Shown here: positions 1 to 9,662 of the stretch, in pieces
Layout of the letters: every line of letters starts with the position of its first letter
Position numbering within the stretch: position 1 is the first letter of the stretch
Virus record (IMG/VR): IMGVR_UViG_3300024322_000001
Length of the DNA stretch: 64,000 bases
Reading direction: 5' to 3' (one strand)
Source: a virus
Lineage: Duplodnaviria; Caudoviricetes
Notes under the pieces: model-generated
Seen by the model: only the letters and a program-made list of their open reading frames with translations
Databases searched by the model: none
Told to the model about the DNA's origin: nothing
Program-made: the position numbers and the translations under genes

Positions 1-406
1 TTTTGTTTCCATCTTTGAAATTTAATATAACTGGTATTTTTTGATCAGTTACTCTTCTTTCTGAAAAACTACAGGAGCTACAAACCTCTACCAACTTTCC
101 TTCACTTAGAAGTCTAGCTTTTATCTTTCTAGGATCGAAATGCTCTATTGGAACTCTACCTTCTAATACATCCATAAGAGGAATATTATCAATACCGGCT
201 ACAGCAAACTTTGGTATGCCTTCACCAGCTTGGTTCTTATGTACTTCGAGCAAAGTAATTCCATCATCATTCTTATACATCTTAGCATACTTCTTATAGT
301 GATTATAAGAAACGTGTAGATATCTGGCTGCTGCCATATTAGAACGAGTAACTTTTTGTGCTCGAAGTATATCCTCTTTAGTAAGTATTTTAGAAGGTCG
401 GGCCAT
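1..406 (-). CDS. HTH + HNH-like zinc-binding protein (runs off the left edge)
   Basis: Own translation from ATG at 406: MARPSKILTKEDILRAQKVTRSNMAAARYLHVSYNHYKKY...EVCSSCSFSERRVTDQKIPVILNFKDGNK. N-terminal HTH-like segment, CxxC, and an LxxxDGN motif resembling HNH LDHIDG. Not in the ORF track. Confidence 0.6.
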   Translation of the reverse strand, partial: MARPSKILTKEDILRAQKVTRSNMAAARYLHVSYNHYKKYAKMYKNDDGITLLEVHKNQAGEGIPKFAVAGIDNIPLMDVLEGRVPIEHFDPRKIKARLLSEGKLVEVCSSCSFSERRVTDQKIPVILNFKDGNK

Positions 407-749
407 CCGGGTCGTATTCGTCAGGTGCTAATGCATTATCTACAGCTTCTTTCATAGATTGAGAGACTGCCATCTCATCTTTCTCTAAATCTAGTAGCTC
501 AATAAGTGCTTGCTTATCACCTTTCAATTCAGCTTCTTTAGCAGCAATACTTCTGTACTGGTCTGCATCCATAATGATCAAGTCATTATAGGTATGATCT
601 CCTGAACCTTCTACTGTAGTAACTGCGACTTTCTTTTTAACATCAGAACAATCAACACAGTAGTTGTATCCGTACTTAGTTAATCTTAGTTCTGGAAAGT
701 CCGTACCACATTGAGGGCAAGGAATCATCTTTAGGTTTTGTGTATTCAT
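390..749 (-). CDS. C4 zinc-finger protein (TraR/DksA-finger-like)
   Basis: CPQCGTDFPELRL...CVDC matches the CxxCG..(I)P..RL..CxxC pattern; promoter motif upstream. Confidence 0.5.
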   Translation of the reverse strand: MNTQNLKMIPCPQCGTDFPELRLTKYGYNYCVDCSDVKKKVAVTTVEGSGDHTYNDLIIMDADQYRSIAAKEAELKGDKQALIELLDLEKDEMAVSQSMKEAVDNALAPDEYDPDGPTF

Positions 750-768
750 ATATAACTTATTTTAAGCT

Positions 769-800
769 TAAAGATACGAAAAAATATATTAAGAAGCAAC
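769..800 (-). promoter_or_regulatory. Bacteroidota sigma-A-type promoter (-33/-7)
   Basis: GTTG-N20-TATCTTTA on the minus strand. Confidence 0.75.
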
Positions 801-807
801 TTATTTG

Positions 808-1221
808 TTACTTATCTAATGTTTTTAATACATCCCAAACATCTTGAGCAGTTTCAAAATTTACTACTTTTTCTCCTTTGCTTTTTGTCTCAATTGTAAT
901 TGTACCATCCCAGTCTTTATCGGGTACTAATTGATATAGGTACATTTGTATTAAAGCAAGCTGTTCTTTAGAAAAGGTCATTTTGAATAGATCTTCTATA
1001 ATAGAGAAGAACTGGTCTTCGTAAGCAGTCATATCCATTCCTATTTCGTCTAGGAGAAAGTCTCTCCTATCTTCTATTTTCTTTAAGTTATTAATAACTC
1101 TTACAAATATCATTTTATTCATATGCTCACGAGATGGTTCCTTATATTTAATTCTAAAAGGAATAGGGTGTACAGAATGTAGAATTTGTCTTATTCTCTT
1201 TTTAGGGTCGGCGCTTGTCAT
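808..1221 (-). CDS. hypothetical phage protein
   Basis: 137-aa ORF in a co-directional, tightly packed gene run. Confidence 0.7.
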   Translation of the reverse strand: MTSADPKKRIRQILHSVHPIPFRIKYKEPSREHMNKMIFVRVINNLKKIEDRRDFLLDEIGMDMTAYEDQFFSIIEDLFKMTFSKEQLALIQMYLYQLVPDKDWDGTITIETKSKGEKVVNFETAQDVWDVLKTLDK

Positions 1222-1375
1222 ACTCTTCTACTTTAAACAATTTATTAAATTCTTCTAACGATAACTTTTTATGACGAGCAAAGGTTGTTTTTGCAATTGA
1301 TTTTGATGCAAATTTACCTTTGTTAATACTTTCTTTATTCTTATCTGTTCTGATGAAAAAGAAATACTCTGACAT
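1202..1375 (-). CDS. small hypothetical protein (57 aa)
   Basis: Own translation MSEYFFFIRTDKNKES...EEYDKRRP; fills the gap and has an A-rich leader. Confidence 0.6.
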   Translation of the reverse strand: MSEYFFFIRTDKNKESINKGKFASKSIAKTTFARHKKLSLEEFNKLFKVEEYDKRRP

Positions 1376-1400
1376 ATATGTTTTTAGTTTTAAAGTTAAT

Positions 1401-1757
1401 TTATTGTTTTTCTATAGACGGGTTCTGATTTGAAAGAGCTTTTCTAATAATTTTATCAAAGTATTCAATATAGATAAAAAAGCCTATGATAGTTTTATCC
1501 TTAAGGTTACGATCTCTTTCTACTCTAAGTTCGTATTTGCTTAATCCTGCTTCAAGTCTTTTTTCTAGCTCTATCGCTATATCGTTCTGTTCGGTTGTTG
1601 TAATTGAACCAAACTTAGTAGGAAGGAACTGTACCTTGACTCCTTTCTTCTGAGGATCTTCGTTTGTATCAATTTTTAAAACAAAAGTATGACCTGCAAA
1701 GTTTATTTTAGCAGCTTCGTTTAATATACTTTTAATAGCTTCTTCTAATTTCTTCAT
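1401..1757 (-). CDS. hypothetical protein, possibly virion-associated
   Basis: 118-aa ORF preceded by the TATTTAT motif; N-terminus MKKLEEAIKSILNEA. Confidence 0.6.
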   Translation of the reverse strand: MKKLEEAIKSILNEAAKINFAGHTFVLKIDTNEDPQKKGVKVQFLPTKFGSITTTEQNDIAIELEKRLEAGLSKYELRVERDRNLKDKTIIGFFIYIEYFDKIIRKALSNQNPSIEKQ

Positions 1758-1780
1758 TTGAATAGTGTTTTATATAAATA

Positions 1781-1960
1781 TCAACCAAATAGCATTTGTT
1801 TACTATTACTGGTGCCTTCGTTTAAAATTTGATGTCCAACGATTTTTCTATTCCTAGAATACTGTTCAATTGACCATTCTATGTTGTCTGATGTAAGGCT
1901 TACTTCTTCTTTTTGTCCGTCAAAATAAGTAAACTCAATTAAGTATGTTTTCTTCTTCAT
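1781..1960 (-). CDS. small hypothetical protein (59 aa)
   Basis: Own translation MKKKTYLIEFTYFDGQKEEVSLTSDNIEWSIEQYSRNR...QMLFG. Confidence 0.6.
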   Translation of the reverse strand: MKKKTYLIEFTYFDGQKEEVSLTSDNIEWSIEQYSRNRKIVGHQILNEGTSNSKQMLFG

Positions 1961-3074
1961 ATTTTATAATTTCTATTGTTAAGTTGCCTAAATTAAATTT
2001 ACCAGCTGTGGGTTTATTGTGATTTAAAATAGCACTCAATTGTCTAATATAAATATAATCCTGAGTTGTAAACGTTTCACCGTTTATTTCTATTAATATA
2101 TGATTATTTTTTGGATTATCCAACGGTTTAATACGATCATTTAGATTTAACACCGTTCTTTCTTGCTCTTCAGCAAGATATAGTTTATAATTTATATCAA
2201 CATAACATGTATCCGCCCAAGGTTCCAATTGAGTTAATAAATTATCGTTACAGTTTTTAATTATAAAGCCTTTATCGTACTTAGGATTAATAGTAGGATA
2301 CTGATATTCGTCGTTAAGTATCCAATCACCCCATTTTCTAATAAACTCTCTTTCGCATCTCGACATTATATCTCTATAGTCAGGATTTTCTATTCCTACT
2401 CCTTTATTCCATTTATGACCTCTACATGTCATATGGTAACAGAGGGCATCTCTAGATTGAACCATTTCATATCCATGATTTATCCACCTATTAAAAATAT
2501 CAGAATCTTCATAACCGTAGGGAGCAAACCTTTGATCGTGTCCACCAATTGATAAATGATCTTCCTTATACAGTATCCAGGGAGCAAAAATACCTCTTGA
2601 GGTACTGTCTTTCTCCTTTAGAGACTCTTCTCTAGTGAATGTTTCGAATGCATCCCACATAAATTTATGAGCATCATCTCCAAAATCTCTAACTATTTTT
2701 TCTTTTCCAGCTGGATGTATTGGAGGCTCTATTCTAGTAGCACACACTACTTTTCCTCTCTCTAAATGCTTTAACATATTTTCAAAATAGCCTGGACCTA
2801 TAATCATATCAGAATGAAGAATTGATACTACATCTGTCTTAGCTATTCTCATACCTTCATCATACCAGTATGTGTGTCCTTTTCTTTCTCTAGATATTAT
2901 TGCTTGTACATTATCGTCTTTTAATTCTTTCAGTAACCAATTAGCTGTACCATCTTCTGAAGCATCATCGATTATAAGTATATCTACATCCCCACCATAT
3001 CTTCTTAAGCTCTCGTAAGTGTTCTTAAGATGTGGTAGTGTATTATATGAGGGTATTATTACTGTATGTTTCAT
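1935..3074 (-). CDS. GT2 family glycosyltransferase
   Basis: VIIPSYN, IIDDASEDGT, HSD (DxD-like) and YEDSD motifs. Confidence 0.9.
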   Translation of the reverse strand: MKHTVIIPSYNTLPHLKNTYESLRRYGGDVDILIIDDASEDGTANWLLKELKDDNVQAIISRERKGHTYWYDEGMRIAKTDVVSILHSDMIIGPGYFENMLKHLERGKVVCATRIEPPIHPAGKEKIVRDFGDDAHKFMWDAFETFTREESLKEKDSTSRGIFAPWILYKEDHLSIGGHDQRFAPYGYEDSDIFNRWINHGYEMVQSRDALCYHMTCRGHKWNKGVGIENPDYRDIMSRCEREFIRKWGDWILNDEYQYPTINPKYDKGFIIKNCNDNLLTQLEPWADTCYVDINYKLYLAEEQERTVLNLNDRIKPLDNPKNNHILIEINGETFTTQDYIYIRQLSAILNHNKPTAGKFNLGNLTIEIIKYEEENILN

Positions 3075-3904
3075 CCTATACCTTTTATCATTCCATATTC
3101 ATCTTTAACAGGTAGTCCTCCCCACTTGTTAAAAAACTTCTGTGCATTAGCTTGCTCAGCTTTTCTTTGTCTTTCTGATGATTGATTATTATTCTCTTCT
3201 AATCTATGAGAACCTCTAGCACCAAAGTGCCAAACGATAGACTTAGTTGGCATGAGAAATTTACCTCCTTCATTTAACATACGAAGGAACAAATCATAAT
3301 CATCCCATGATGTAGGAGCAAATAGAGGATCGTTGCCTCCTATCTCATCCCACCAGCTCTTTTTAACTAGTCCGGAAACTCCTTCACCTTTAGGTATTTC
3401 AAAATCATTCTTTAATGCTATTAACTTAGCATACTCTAATAGCCCTTCTGGTTTAAAGTCTCCGTGGTAAGCTCCAAATGCATCTTTAGGTACAAAATGA
3501 GTACCTGGTCTATCTTGATCGTTAAACATATTAGGTTCTATTCTAAAAGAATTAACCCAAAGCTTATCATTGTTATATTTCTCGTGAACTTTCATCAGTT
3601 CTAAATCCCAATTAGGAGTAACATAGAAGTCTGAGTGTAGGAACATGATATACTCTGTCTTTACTTTCTCAGCACAAAAATTCATTCCTCCTCCTATACC
3701 TTTTGGTTTATCATTCTTATCTATGTAATATTCTAAGCTATACTGAGCAGCATTTTCTTCCAACCATTCATCAGTTCCATCATCACAGTTCTCTGCATGA
3801 ATAATAAAAGGTGCATTTTTCCAATAAGAATGCTGTCTTACTGATTGAATTGCTAATTCAAGATAAGGTAAATTATTATATGTACTAATGCAAAAGGTTA
3901 TCAT
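3071..3904 (-). CDS. GT2 family glycosyltransferase
   Basis: ISTYN, CDDGT, GMN, FLHSD and WDDYD motifs. Confidence 0.88.
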   Translation of the reverse strand: MITFCISTYNNLPYLELAIQSVRQHSYWKNAPFIIHAENCDDGTDEWLEENAAQYSLEYYIDKNDKPKGIGGGMNFCAEKVKTEYIMFLHSDFYVTPNWDLELMKVHEKYNNDKLWVNSFRIEPNMFNDQDRPGTHFVPKDAFGAYHGDFKPEGLLEYAKLIALKNDFEIPKGEGVSGLVKKSWWDEIGGNDPLFAPTSWDDYDLFLRMLNEGGKFLMPTKSIVWHFGARGSHRLEENNNQSSERQRKAEQANAQKFFNKWGGLPVKDEYGMIKGIG

Positions 3905-4791
3905 ACTTTTAAATTATATATAAATGAATTCATTGCATGCATACTTTCTGATGCATATTTTTTAAATACTTCATCATTTCTAGTAGCAAATGTTCCTGTT
4001 CTTTTGCTAGGATGTTTATAATTATGTCCTTTTAGTCTACTAACAACACAGACTTGAGGTATCTTTTTCTTCCTAATAAAATATTCAAAGCAAGTATCTT
4101 CTCTAACGAAATGCATTCCCGGAGCTATAAAAGGAGTTTCGAATCCTTTAGAGATGCAAACTGTACTGCCGTCTATTTTCCAAGGAACTTGTTCAAGAAT
4201 TATATCTCCTGATTCATCATTAAATTTATCTAATTGAGTTTGATTAATATAATCTTTATACTTATAAGGCTCTTCTAATAACTCTATACAATCCTCTTTA
4301 TGGTCTGGGGTACATTGACAAGGTTTAGAATAACCTCTAAGTCTTTCATGCGTAACTCCATCCCAGCTGTTATCCCACATTGGCCTTCCTGCAAAAGTAA
4401 GAACGTGTTGCTGTTCAATTTCAACTTTATCTAAAATAGCAAAAAAGTCTCTTGGTAGTATTGTATCTGTCTCACCCCAGACTGTGTATTTAGCTTCTGG
4501 ATCATAAACTTCTCTTCTCCAATCTGCTATATTGTAAAAAGGTTGATTATCAGTTTTAACAGTAACTGAAGTTCTAGGATCTTTAAACAGTGAATGATCT
4601 AAATGCTTAGAAAAGAAGTTATCTACTTTCATTCCTTCGTTAGGTTTCTCAACATATGTTTGCTTATTTAAACATATTTCAACCTTAACATCTGTTTCAG
4701 GAGAAGCTCTTAACGCTGCTAATACAGAATCCCAGCACTCTTGAATCATTGCTGTCTCATACCACATATGGTGTACTTGATATATTATCAT
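3901..4791 (-). CDS. probable GT-A fold glycosyltransferase
   Basis: WGETD (DxD-like) and REDT motifs; lies inside the glycan cluster. Confidence 0.5.
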   Translation of the reverse strand: MIIYQVHHMWYETAMIQECWDSVLAALRASPETDVKVEICLNKQTYVEKPNEGMKVDNFFSKHLDHSLFKDPRTSVTVKTDNQPFYNIADWRREVYDPEAKYTVWGETDTILPRDFFAILDKVEIEQQHVLTFAGRPMWDNSWDGVTHERLRGYSKPCQCTPDHKEDCIELLEEPYKYKDYINQTQLDKFNDESGDIILEQVPWKIDGSTVCISKGFETPFIAPGMHFVREDTCFEYFIRKKKIPQVCVVSRLKGHNYKHPSKRTGTFATRNDEVFKKYASESMHAMNSFIYNLKV

Positions 4792-5603
4792 GCCCAGTTA
4801 CTTTGTAAAGTTATACCTAAATAATTTTCTTTTATATTCTCCTCTAATCCTAATCCATTACCTTGCTCAAAATCATACATCTCTTTCCAATGATAGAATT
4901 TGAATATACCTGCTGTAGGGTATATGTCTATTGGTTTTGCTGCCATAAGATACTCTCCGTATGTAACAGCTTCTCTCATTGCTATATTATACTCTTGTTG
5001 CATTGCTAATTGAAAAGTTTCAAAGGTAAGATTATTTGGCTCTAAATAATTTTCTTCAAAATGTTTCCATACATCTACAGACCAGTGATATGGAGGAGGA
5101 CCGTAATCCCAAATTTTGTTATGTTGTTCTCCAAAAACACTTCTATATGCTTTTACTGCTTTAACGTATCCGTTTTCACTATAGTTTTTTCCGAATAGTA
5201 TTTTTTCATATTGCTGTACTTCTTTATTTTCATGAACTAAAGAATAGATAGTTCCGGAAGAATGAATAAAATCATTCATATAGAAATCTTTAATAAAGAA
5301 TTGATCTGAGTCGATACATATATAGTTATCAGTATGTACTGCTTTCCATACGTTTGATTTTACTATCTGCTGACTTCTCCAACCGTCCATTTGGTATTTG
5401 AATTGCCATATACTTTCATCAGTAATATATTCATAACCGTCTGTACCTAAAGTATCTCTAAGTAACTTATATTCAGATGACGGAGCAGAGATAAAAAAAG
5501 GAATGTTATCTCTATTATGCTTTTGTACAGACTCTAATAACCTTTTAGCCCTTTGAAAATCTCTTCCAAATGTTTTGCAATATAGTATTAATTTATAGCT
5601 CAT
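4788..5603 (-). CDS. DUF6492-like / GT-A fold protein
   Basis: GWRSQQIVK and YICIDSDQFFIKDF motifs. Confidence 0.6.
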   Translation of the reverse strand: MSYKLILYCKTFGRDFQRAKRLLESVQKHNRDNIPFFISAPSSEYKLLRDTLGTDGYEYITDESIWQFKYQMDGWRSQQIVKSNVWKAVHTDNYICIDSDQFFIKDFYMNDFIHSSGTIYSLVHENKEVQQYEKILFGKNYSENGYVKAVKAYRSVFGEQHNKIWDYGPPPYHWSVDVWKHFEENYLEPNNLTFETFQLAMQQEYNIAMREAVTYGEYLMAAKPIDIYPTAGIFKFYHWKEMYDFEQGNGLGLEENIKENYLGITLQSNWA

Positions 5604-6387
5604 CTAAAGTAATTCTTTCAAACCGATTATCGCCTGGGTTATTATCTGATAATATACGAATTTTTATTCCTTTATCCAAGAAATAATCATACATTTCTTT
5701 CGTACTATCTATCGTCTCTTTTAATTCTTCGTAGTCAGGACCTGCTCCTGCATGAGTTTTGTATAATGATTCTGCATGCTCTTTTACCCAATCCTCATCT
5801 CCTAACTTAAATCCTTTTTTCTTTTCAAATTTAGATAAATCTCCTATATCCCAACCTATCGTGACTATCTCTTTAGCTCCTAAATGCATAGCTAGTCCAA
5901 ATCCGGACTCATACATTATACCTGGACCCCATATTATCTTCCCTTCGCTGTATAATTCAAATTGGTCAAACCTTCTACTATATGCTGTTGTATTGTACAT
6001 ATCTACCCAAGGGGTAGAGTAACAAGGAACTAAAATATCAGCAGGAGATTTCCATTCATTTTTTATTCTATTAATTTCATAAGGCATATTCATAGCCGTT
6101 AGCTGCCAATGCACAATAGTGTCTTCTGAATAGTAATCGTATGGTTGATAGGAATAAGCAGACATCAGATGGAAGGATGCTACTTCTTTAACATAGTCGT
6201 AAGATTGCTTACATGCTAGCACAGTTTTACCTTCTAACTTGCTGAGGAGTTTTTCTCTATCATGAGTAGTTAGAGAAGGTCCGCAAGTGACTAAGTAAAC
6301 AGTTTCATCCTTACATACGTCTTTAAGTAACTTTATTCTTTCGTAACTATCGTTTGTAGATAATATTAAATTCTTAAAGCTTCTCAT
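5593..6387 (-). CDS. Maf/DUF115-like putative nonulosonic-acid transferase
   Basis: VYLVTCGPSL...LAMHLGAKEIVTIGWD pattern; adjacent to neuA. Confidence 0.6.
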   Translation of the reverse strand: MRSFKNLILSTNDSYERIKLLKDVCKDETVYLVTCGPSLTTHDREKLLSKLEGKTVLACKQSYDYVKEVASFHLMSAYSYQPYDYYSEDTIVHWQLTAMNMPYEINRIKNEWKSPADILVPCYSTPWVDMYNTTAYSRRFDQFELYSEGKIIWGPGIMYESGFGLAMHLGAKEIVTIGWDIGDLSKFEKKKGFKLGDEDWVKEHAESLYKTHAGAGPDYEELKETIDSTKEMYDYFLDKGIKIRILSDNNPGDNRFERITLDEL

Positions 6388-7060
6388 ATAACTTCTCTCC
6401 TAATTCAAATTGCCATTCATAATCTATATCAAATGCTTCAAGTTCAGGCATAGTAAATAATTTTATACCTCCAGGGGCTTGAAAATCTCCCATAAATTTA
6501 TCTTCCTTTATAAGATCCAATCTAGATGCATATAATACGTGAGCAGCTTCATATGTAGGCTCTACTGCTTTGGTATTCATTATAGTCTGATCTTCTGGCC
6601 AAGGAGTAACTAAAGCACCTCCTTTATTCCAATAGTAAGTTTTCTTTTCTATTACAGCAAATAAATTTTCTTCTACTTGATTTTTGAACTGATTATAAAA
6701 ATTTCCAATAGTTTCAGGTTTAAGTAAAGGATTACACCCTGAGATTAGAATTACGTATTTATAATTTTTAGGTAGCTTATCATGCCATTCATAAATCTTT
6801 TGTAAAGAGTTATCATTATTAGCTGATTCTTTACTCCTATAGAAAATATTTACTCCTTTATTTTCAGCAATACTTAATAGTTCGTCTTCGTATACTGAAG
6901 CCCATATATGTTCTTTGCTATGAGGGAATGCTGCGATTAGTTTATCTAATACAACATCAAATAAAGTAGTACCTGCAAAGTCTCTTACCATCTTTTGAGG
7001 GACTCTTTGACTGTTTAACCTCGCTTGTACTATTATAGCAATACTATCTGATTTTTTCAT
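6374..7060 (-). CDS. neuA: CMP-sialic acid/nonulosonate synthetase (acylneuraminate cytidylyltransferase)
   Basis: IVQARLNSQRVPQK, NPLL and FDIDYEWQF motifs. Confidence 0.85.
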   Translation of the reverse strand: MKKSDSIAIIVQARLNSQRVPQKMVRDFAGTTLFDVVLDKLIAAFPHSKEHIWASVYEDELLSIAENKGVNIFYRSKESANNDNSLQKIYEWHDKLPKNYKYVILISGCNPLLKPETIGNFYNQFKNQVEENLFAVIEKKTYYWNKGGALVTPWPEDQTIMNTKAVEPTYEAAHVLYASRLDLIKEDKFMGDFQAPGGIKLFTMPELEAFDIDYEWQFELGEKLYEKL

Positions 7061-7739
7061 ATATTTCTTTTCTTAGGGGAAAATACTTTTTTGAAGCTTC
7101 TGTTCCTAAATTATATTCTAAACCCTCTCCTAAATTTTGTAATCTATTTTCTGTATCTATTTTACCTAAAATTATATATGCTTCCATAAATACATTATAG
7201 TAATCTTTCTCCCAATCTCTTCTTGTGTCTGTATCTTTTAATCCTTTTGTTCCAGTAAAAGCATGTACGTTAGTAAAATCTTTATCAAAACCGTCATAGC
7301 CTACAAAGTATATATTCTTTGCTCCAGTAACTAATGCTAAGCACAGCAGTCTAAGTACTGCTCCTGATTTTTGTGCTAATGTATATTGTATTTGGCCTAT
7401 ATCGATATCCATCTTGTAAATATTATAGTTAACGGAATTAGCAAATTTTATATATTCATCAGTGTTTTGTTTACCCCTGTAGTGAGAAGACTCGTAGTAA
7501 GTAAACGGCTGTGTTTTATTCAAATACGAAATAAGTCTACTATCACTTATGTCTGTTGTATAAGATAATTGATATAAATCAACAGTCTGTGCTGAAACTC
7601 TTTTATTCCTATAAAAATCATTACAAGTCCAAATGTAAGTATCCGGGGTGATTATCCTCTCCCAATTGACTTCGTTAGTTGAAGTTCCTCCTCCTATAAC
7701 TAAAATATCTTTACCGTTATATTTTTTTTCAAAATCCAT
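7044..7739 (-). CDS. sialyltransferase-like protein (Cst/GT42-like)
   Basis: ILVIGGGTS, WTCNDFY and SG...LALVTGAKNIYFVGYDG motifs. Confidence 0.6.
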   Translation of the reverse strand: MDFEKKYNGKDILVIGGGTSTNEVNWERIITPDTYIWTCNDFYRNKRVSAQTVDLYQLSYTTDISDSRLISYLNKTQPFTYYESSHYRGKQNTDEYIKFANSVNYNIYKMDIDIGQIQYTLAQKSGAVLRLLCLALVTGAKNIYFVGYDGFDKDFTNVHAFTGTKGLKDTDTRRDWEKDYYNVFMEAYIILGKIDTENRLQNLGEGLEYNLGTEASKKYFPLRKEIYEKIR

Positions 7740-7742
7740 AGA

Positions 7743-8465
7743 TTAACTCTCTGTAGGAAGTTTCATTAACGTACTCCAAAATGTATGTTTTTCACCTTCA
7801 GGCCCTCTTACTTTTCCTCTATACCGGTTTTTAAATATGTAATGCCAGCCACTGTCATGCTTTTCAGAAATAGGTCCTACGAATTTAAATTTATTAAATA
7901 TTTTTGCCCATTCCTTTTTATATTTAATCTCATGTGCTAAATGTAAATTAACTTTATTATCATGTACTGAAGGTTCAAACCAAGGAGATAAGGAGAATAC
8001 AAAAATACCATCATCGTCAAGGTGCTTATATACGTTGTCAGCAAATTGATGTAACTCTTCTGGAGGTAAGTGTTCTATTACTTCCCAGGCCATTATAAGG
8101 TCAAACTTTTTAAGAGATTTGTTTTCTTCAATAGTGAAGGGTTTAGATATATCACAGGTAAAAAGTTTTTCAGAATATTTATCCCAATTGGGTCTGTTGT
8201 TTTTAATAGGCCAGTCACTCCCTTCTAACCCTACAGCATCTGCTCCTTTGACTATAAAGTCATCTACTAAAACTCCTGAAGCTGCTCCTAAGTCTAATAC
8301 TGAAATATCTTTTCGATTAAAATAATTTTGAACTTCAGCTACAAAAGGGTTTTTATTGTTTAGCCAATTATAATACGGACCACCTGCAACGTTTTTAGTA
8401 CCCTGAGGGTAGTGGTGATCAGGTGAATCTTTAGCTAGCTTATATTCTGATATTAACTCTATCAT
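7743..8465 (-). CDS. class I SAM-dependent methyltransferase
   Basis: VLDLGAASG and FDLIMAWEVIEHL motifs. Confidence 0.88.
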   Translation of the reverse strand: MIELISEYKLAKDSPDHHYPQGTKNVAGGPYYNWLNNKNPFVAEVQNYFNRKDISVLDLGAASGVLVDDFIVKGADAVGLEGSDWPIKNNRPNWDKYSEKLFTCDISKPFTIEENKSLKKFDLIMAWEVIEHLPPEELHQFADNVYKHLDDDGIFVFSLSPWFEPSVHDNKVNLHLAHEIKYKKEWAKIFNKFKFVGPISEKHDSGWHYIFKNRYRGKVRGPEGEKHTFWSTLMKLPTES

Positions 8466-8467
8466 GC

Positions 8468-9319
8468 CTACCCTCTTAATTTTTCTCTAACAGGTTTTTC
8501 TGATTCAGTTACTTGGATGCTTCCGTCTCCATAAGCTTGTTCTAGTTCCCGTATACCTGATATAAGTTTAAATAGTCCATGAGGAGTAACAGAAGCACTA
8601 TGGTCTGATCCTTCCATATTTCTATCAAGGGTAATATGTCTTTCAATTATTTCCGCTCCAAGAAGAACAGATGCAACTGTAGTACCTAGTAGCATTTCAT
8701 GACCTGAGTATCCGATTGAGAAGTCTGGGTATTTATCTTTTAACGTCTTTATAGCAGATAAGTTAAGTTCATCTACAGGGGCAGGATAAGTAGAATTGCA
8801 ATGCAAAAGTCCTATGGATTCTGTCTTGTTATAGAATGCCTTAGCAGTTCTAAGCGTATCTACTGCATGATCTATTTCTTCCTCAGTAGACATACCAGTT
8901 GAGAAAATAACCTTTGGAAATCTTTCAACACAAGCAGTAAGTAAATCATCATCTGTTAACGATGCAGAAGGAAGTTTAATAAAAGGTAAGTTATACTGCT
9001 CTAAAAATTCTACAGAGTCCATATCCCAAGGTGATGCAGACCATGCTATTCCTTGCTGCTTACAGTATCGATCAATTTCATCATACTCTTCTTTGCCGAA
9101 CTCAACTTTATACTTATACTCTAAGTATGTCATTTCTTCTCCTTGCCAACTTCTCGGCTTACTTTTCTGTGCTTCAGGTACACAGACGTCAGGATTTCTC
9201 TTTTGAAATTTAACTGCATCACAACCTGCTGCTGCTGCAATATCAATTAATCTTTTAGCTATAGATAAATCACCTTGATGATTAATACCTATTTCTGCAA
9301 TAACGTACGTTTTGTTCAT
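8468..9319 (-). CDS. neuB: N-acetylneuraminate/nonulosonate synthase (no C-terminal SAF domain)
   Basis: IAEIGINHQG, AVKFQKR, LHCNSTYP, GYSGHE and IERHITLDR...GSDH motifs. Confidence 0.93.
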   Translation of the reverse strand: MNKTYVIAEIGINHQGDLSIAKRLIDIAAAAGCDAVKFQKRNPDVCVPEAQKSKPRSWQGEEMTYLEYKYKVEFGKEEYDEIDRYCKQQGIAWSASPWDMDSVEFLEQYNLPFIKLPSASLTDDDLLTACVERFPKVIFSTGMSTEEEIDHAVDTLRTAKAFYNKTESIGLLHCNSTYPAPVDELNLSAIKTLKDKYPDFSIGYSGHEMLLGTTVASVLLGAEIIERHITLDRNMEGSDHSASVTPHGLFKLISGIRELEQAYGDGSIQVTESEKPVREKLRG

Positions 9320-9627
9320 AACTCTTCTATTCTTTTTGTTTTATCACATATGAGTAAATCATACGCAGGCTTATCACCTACGCTTAATTTATGGTGTTTA
9401 GCGCCCCATTGTTCTAATTGTCGTTTAGTTAGCTCTGTAAACTCTTCCCTTCTAGTCTTATTGATAGATGCTCTAGCAGTATAGTACACAATAGTATTAC
9501 CTTCATCGTAGAGTTTATTTATCTTCTCAATATTAATTTTAATAGGACGAGCTCTATAGTAGTTTGTTTTACTATCATCTATATGATAATCAGCAATCGT
9601 ATCATCAATATCAACGTATATAACCAT
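9316..9627 (-). CDS. small cap-less HAD-family phosphatase
   Basis: VDIDDTI, YTAR and KP...ICDK motifs. Confidence 0.8.
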   Translation of the reverse strand: MVIYVDIDDTIADYHIDDSKTNYYRARPIKINIEKINKLYDEGNTIVYYTARASINKTRREEFTELTKRQLEQWGAKHHKLSVGDKPAYDLLICDKTKRIEEL

Positions 9628-9630
9628 ATT

Positions 9631-9662
9631 ATAATATAAGAAAAACTATTTTAACTACCAAC
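9631..9662 (-). promoter_or_regulatory. Bacteroidota-type promoter for the HAD-neuB-neuA run
   Basis: GTTG-N20-TATATTAT. Confidence 0.7.
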
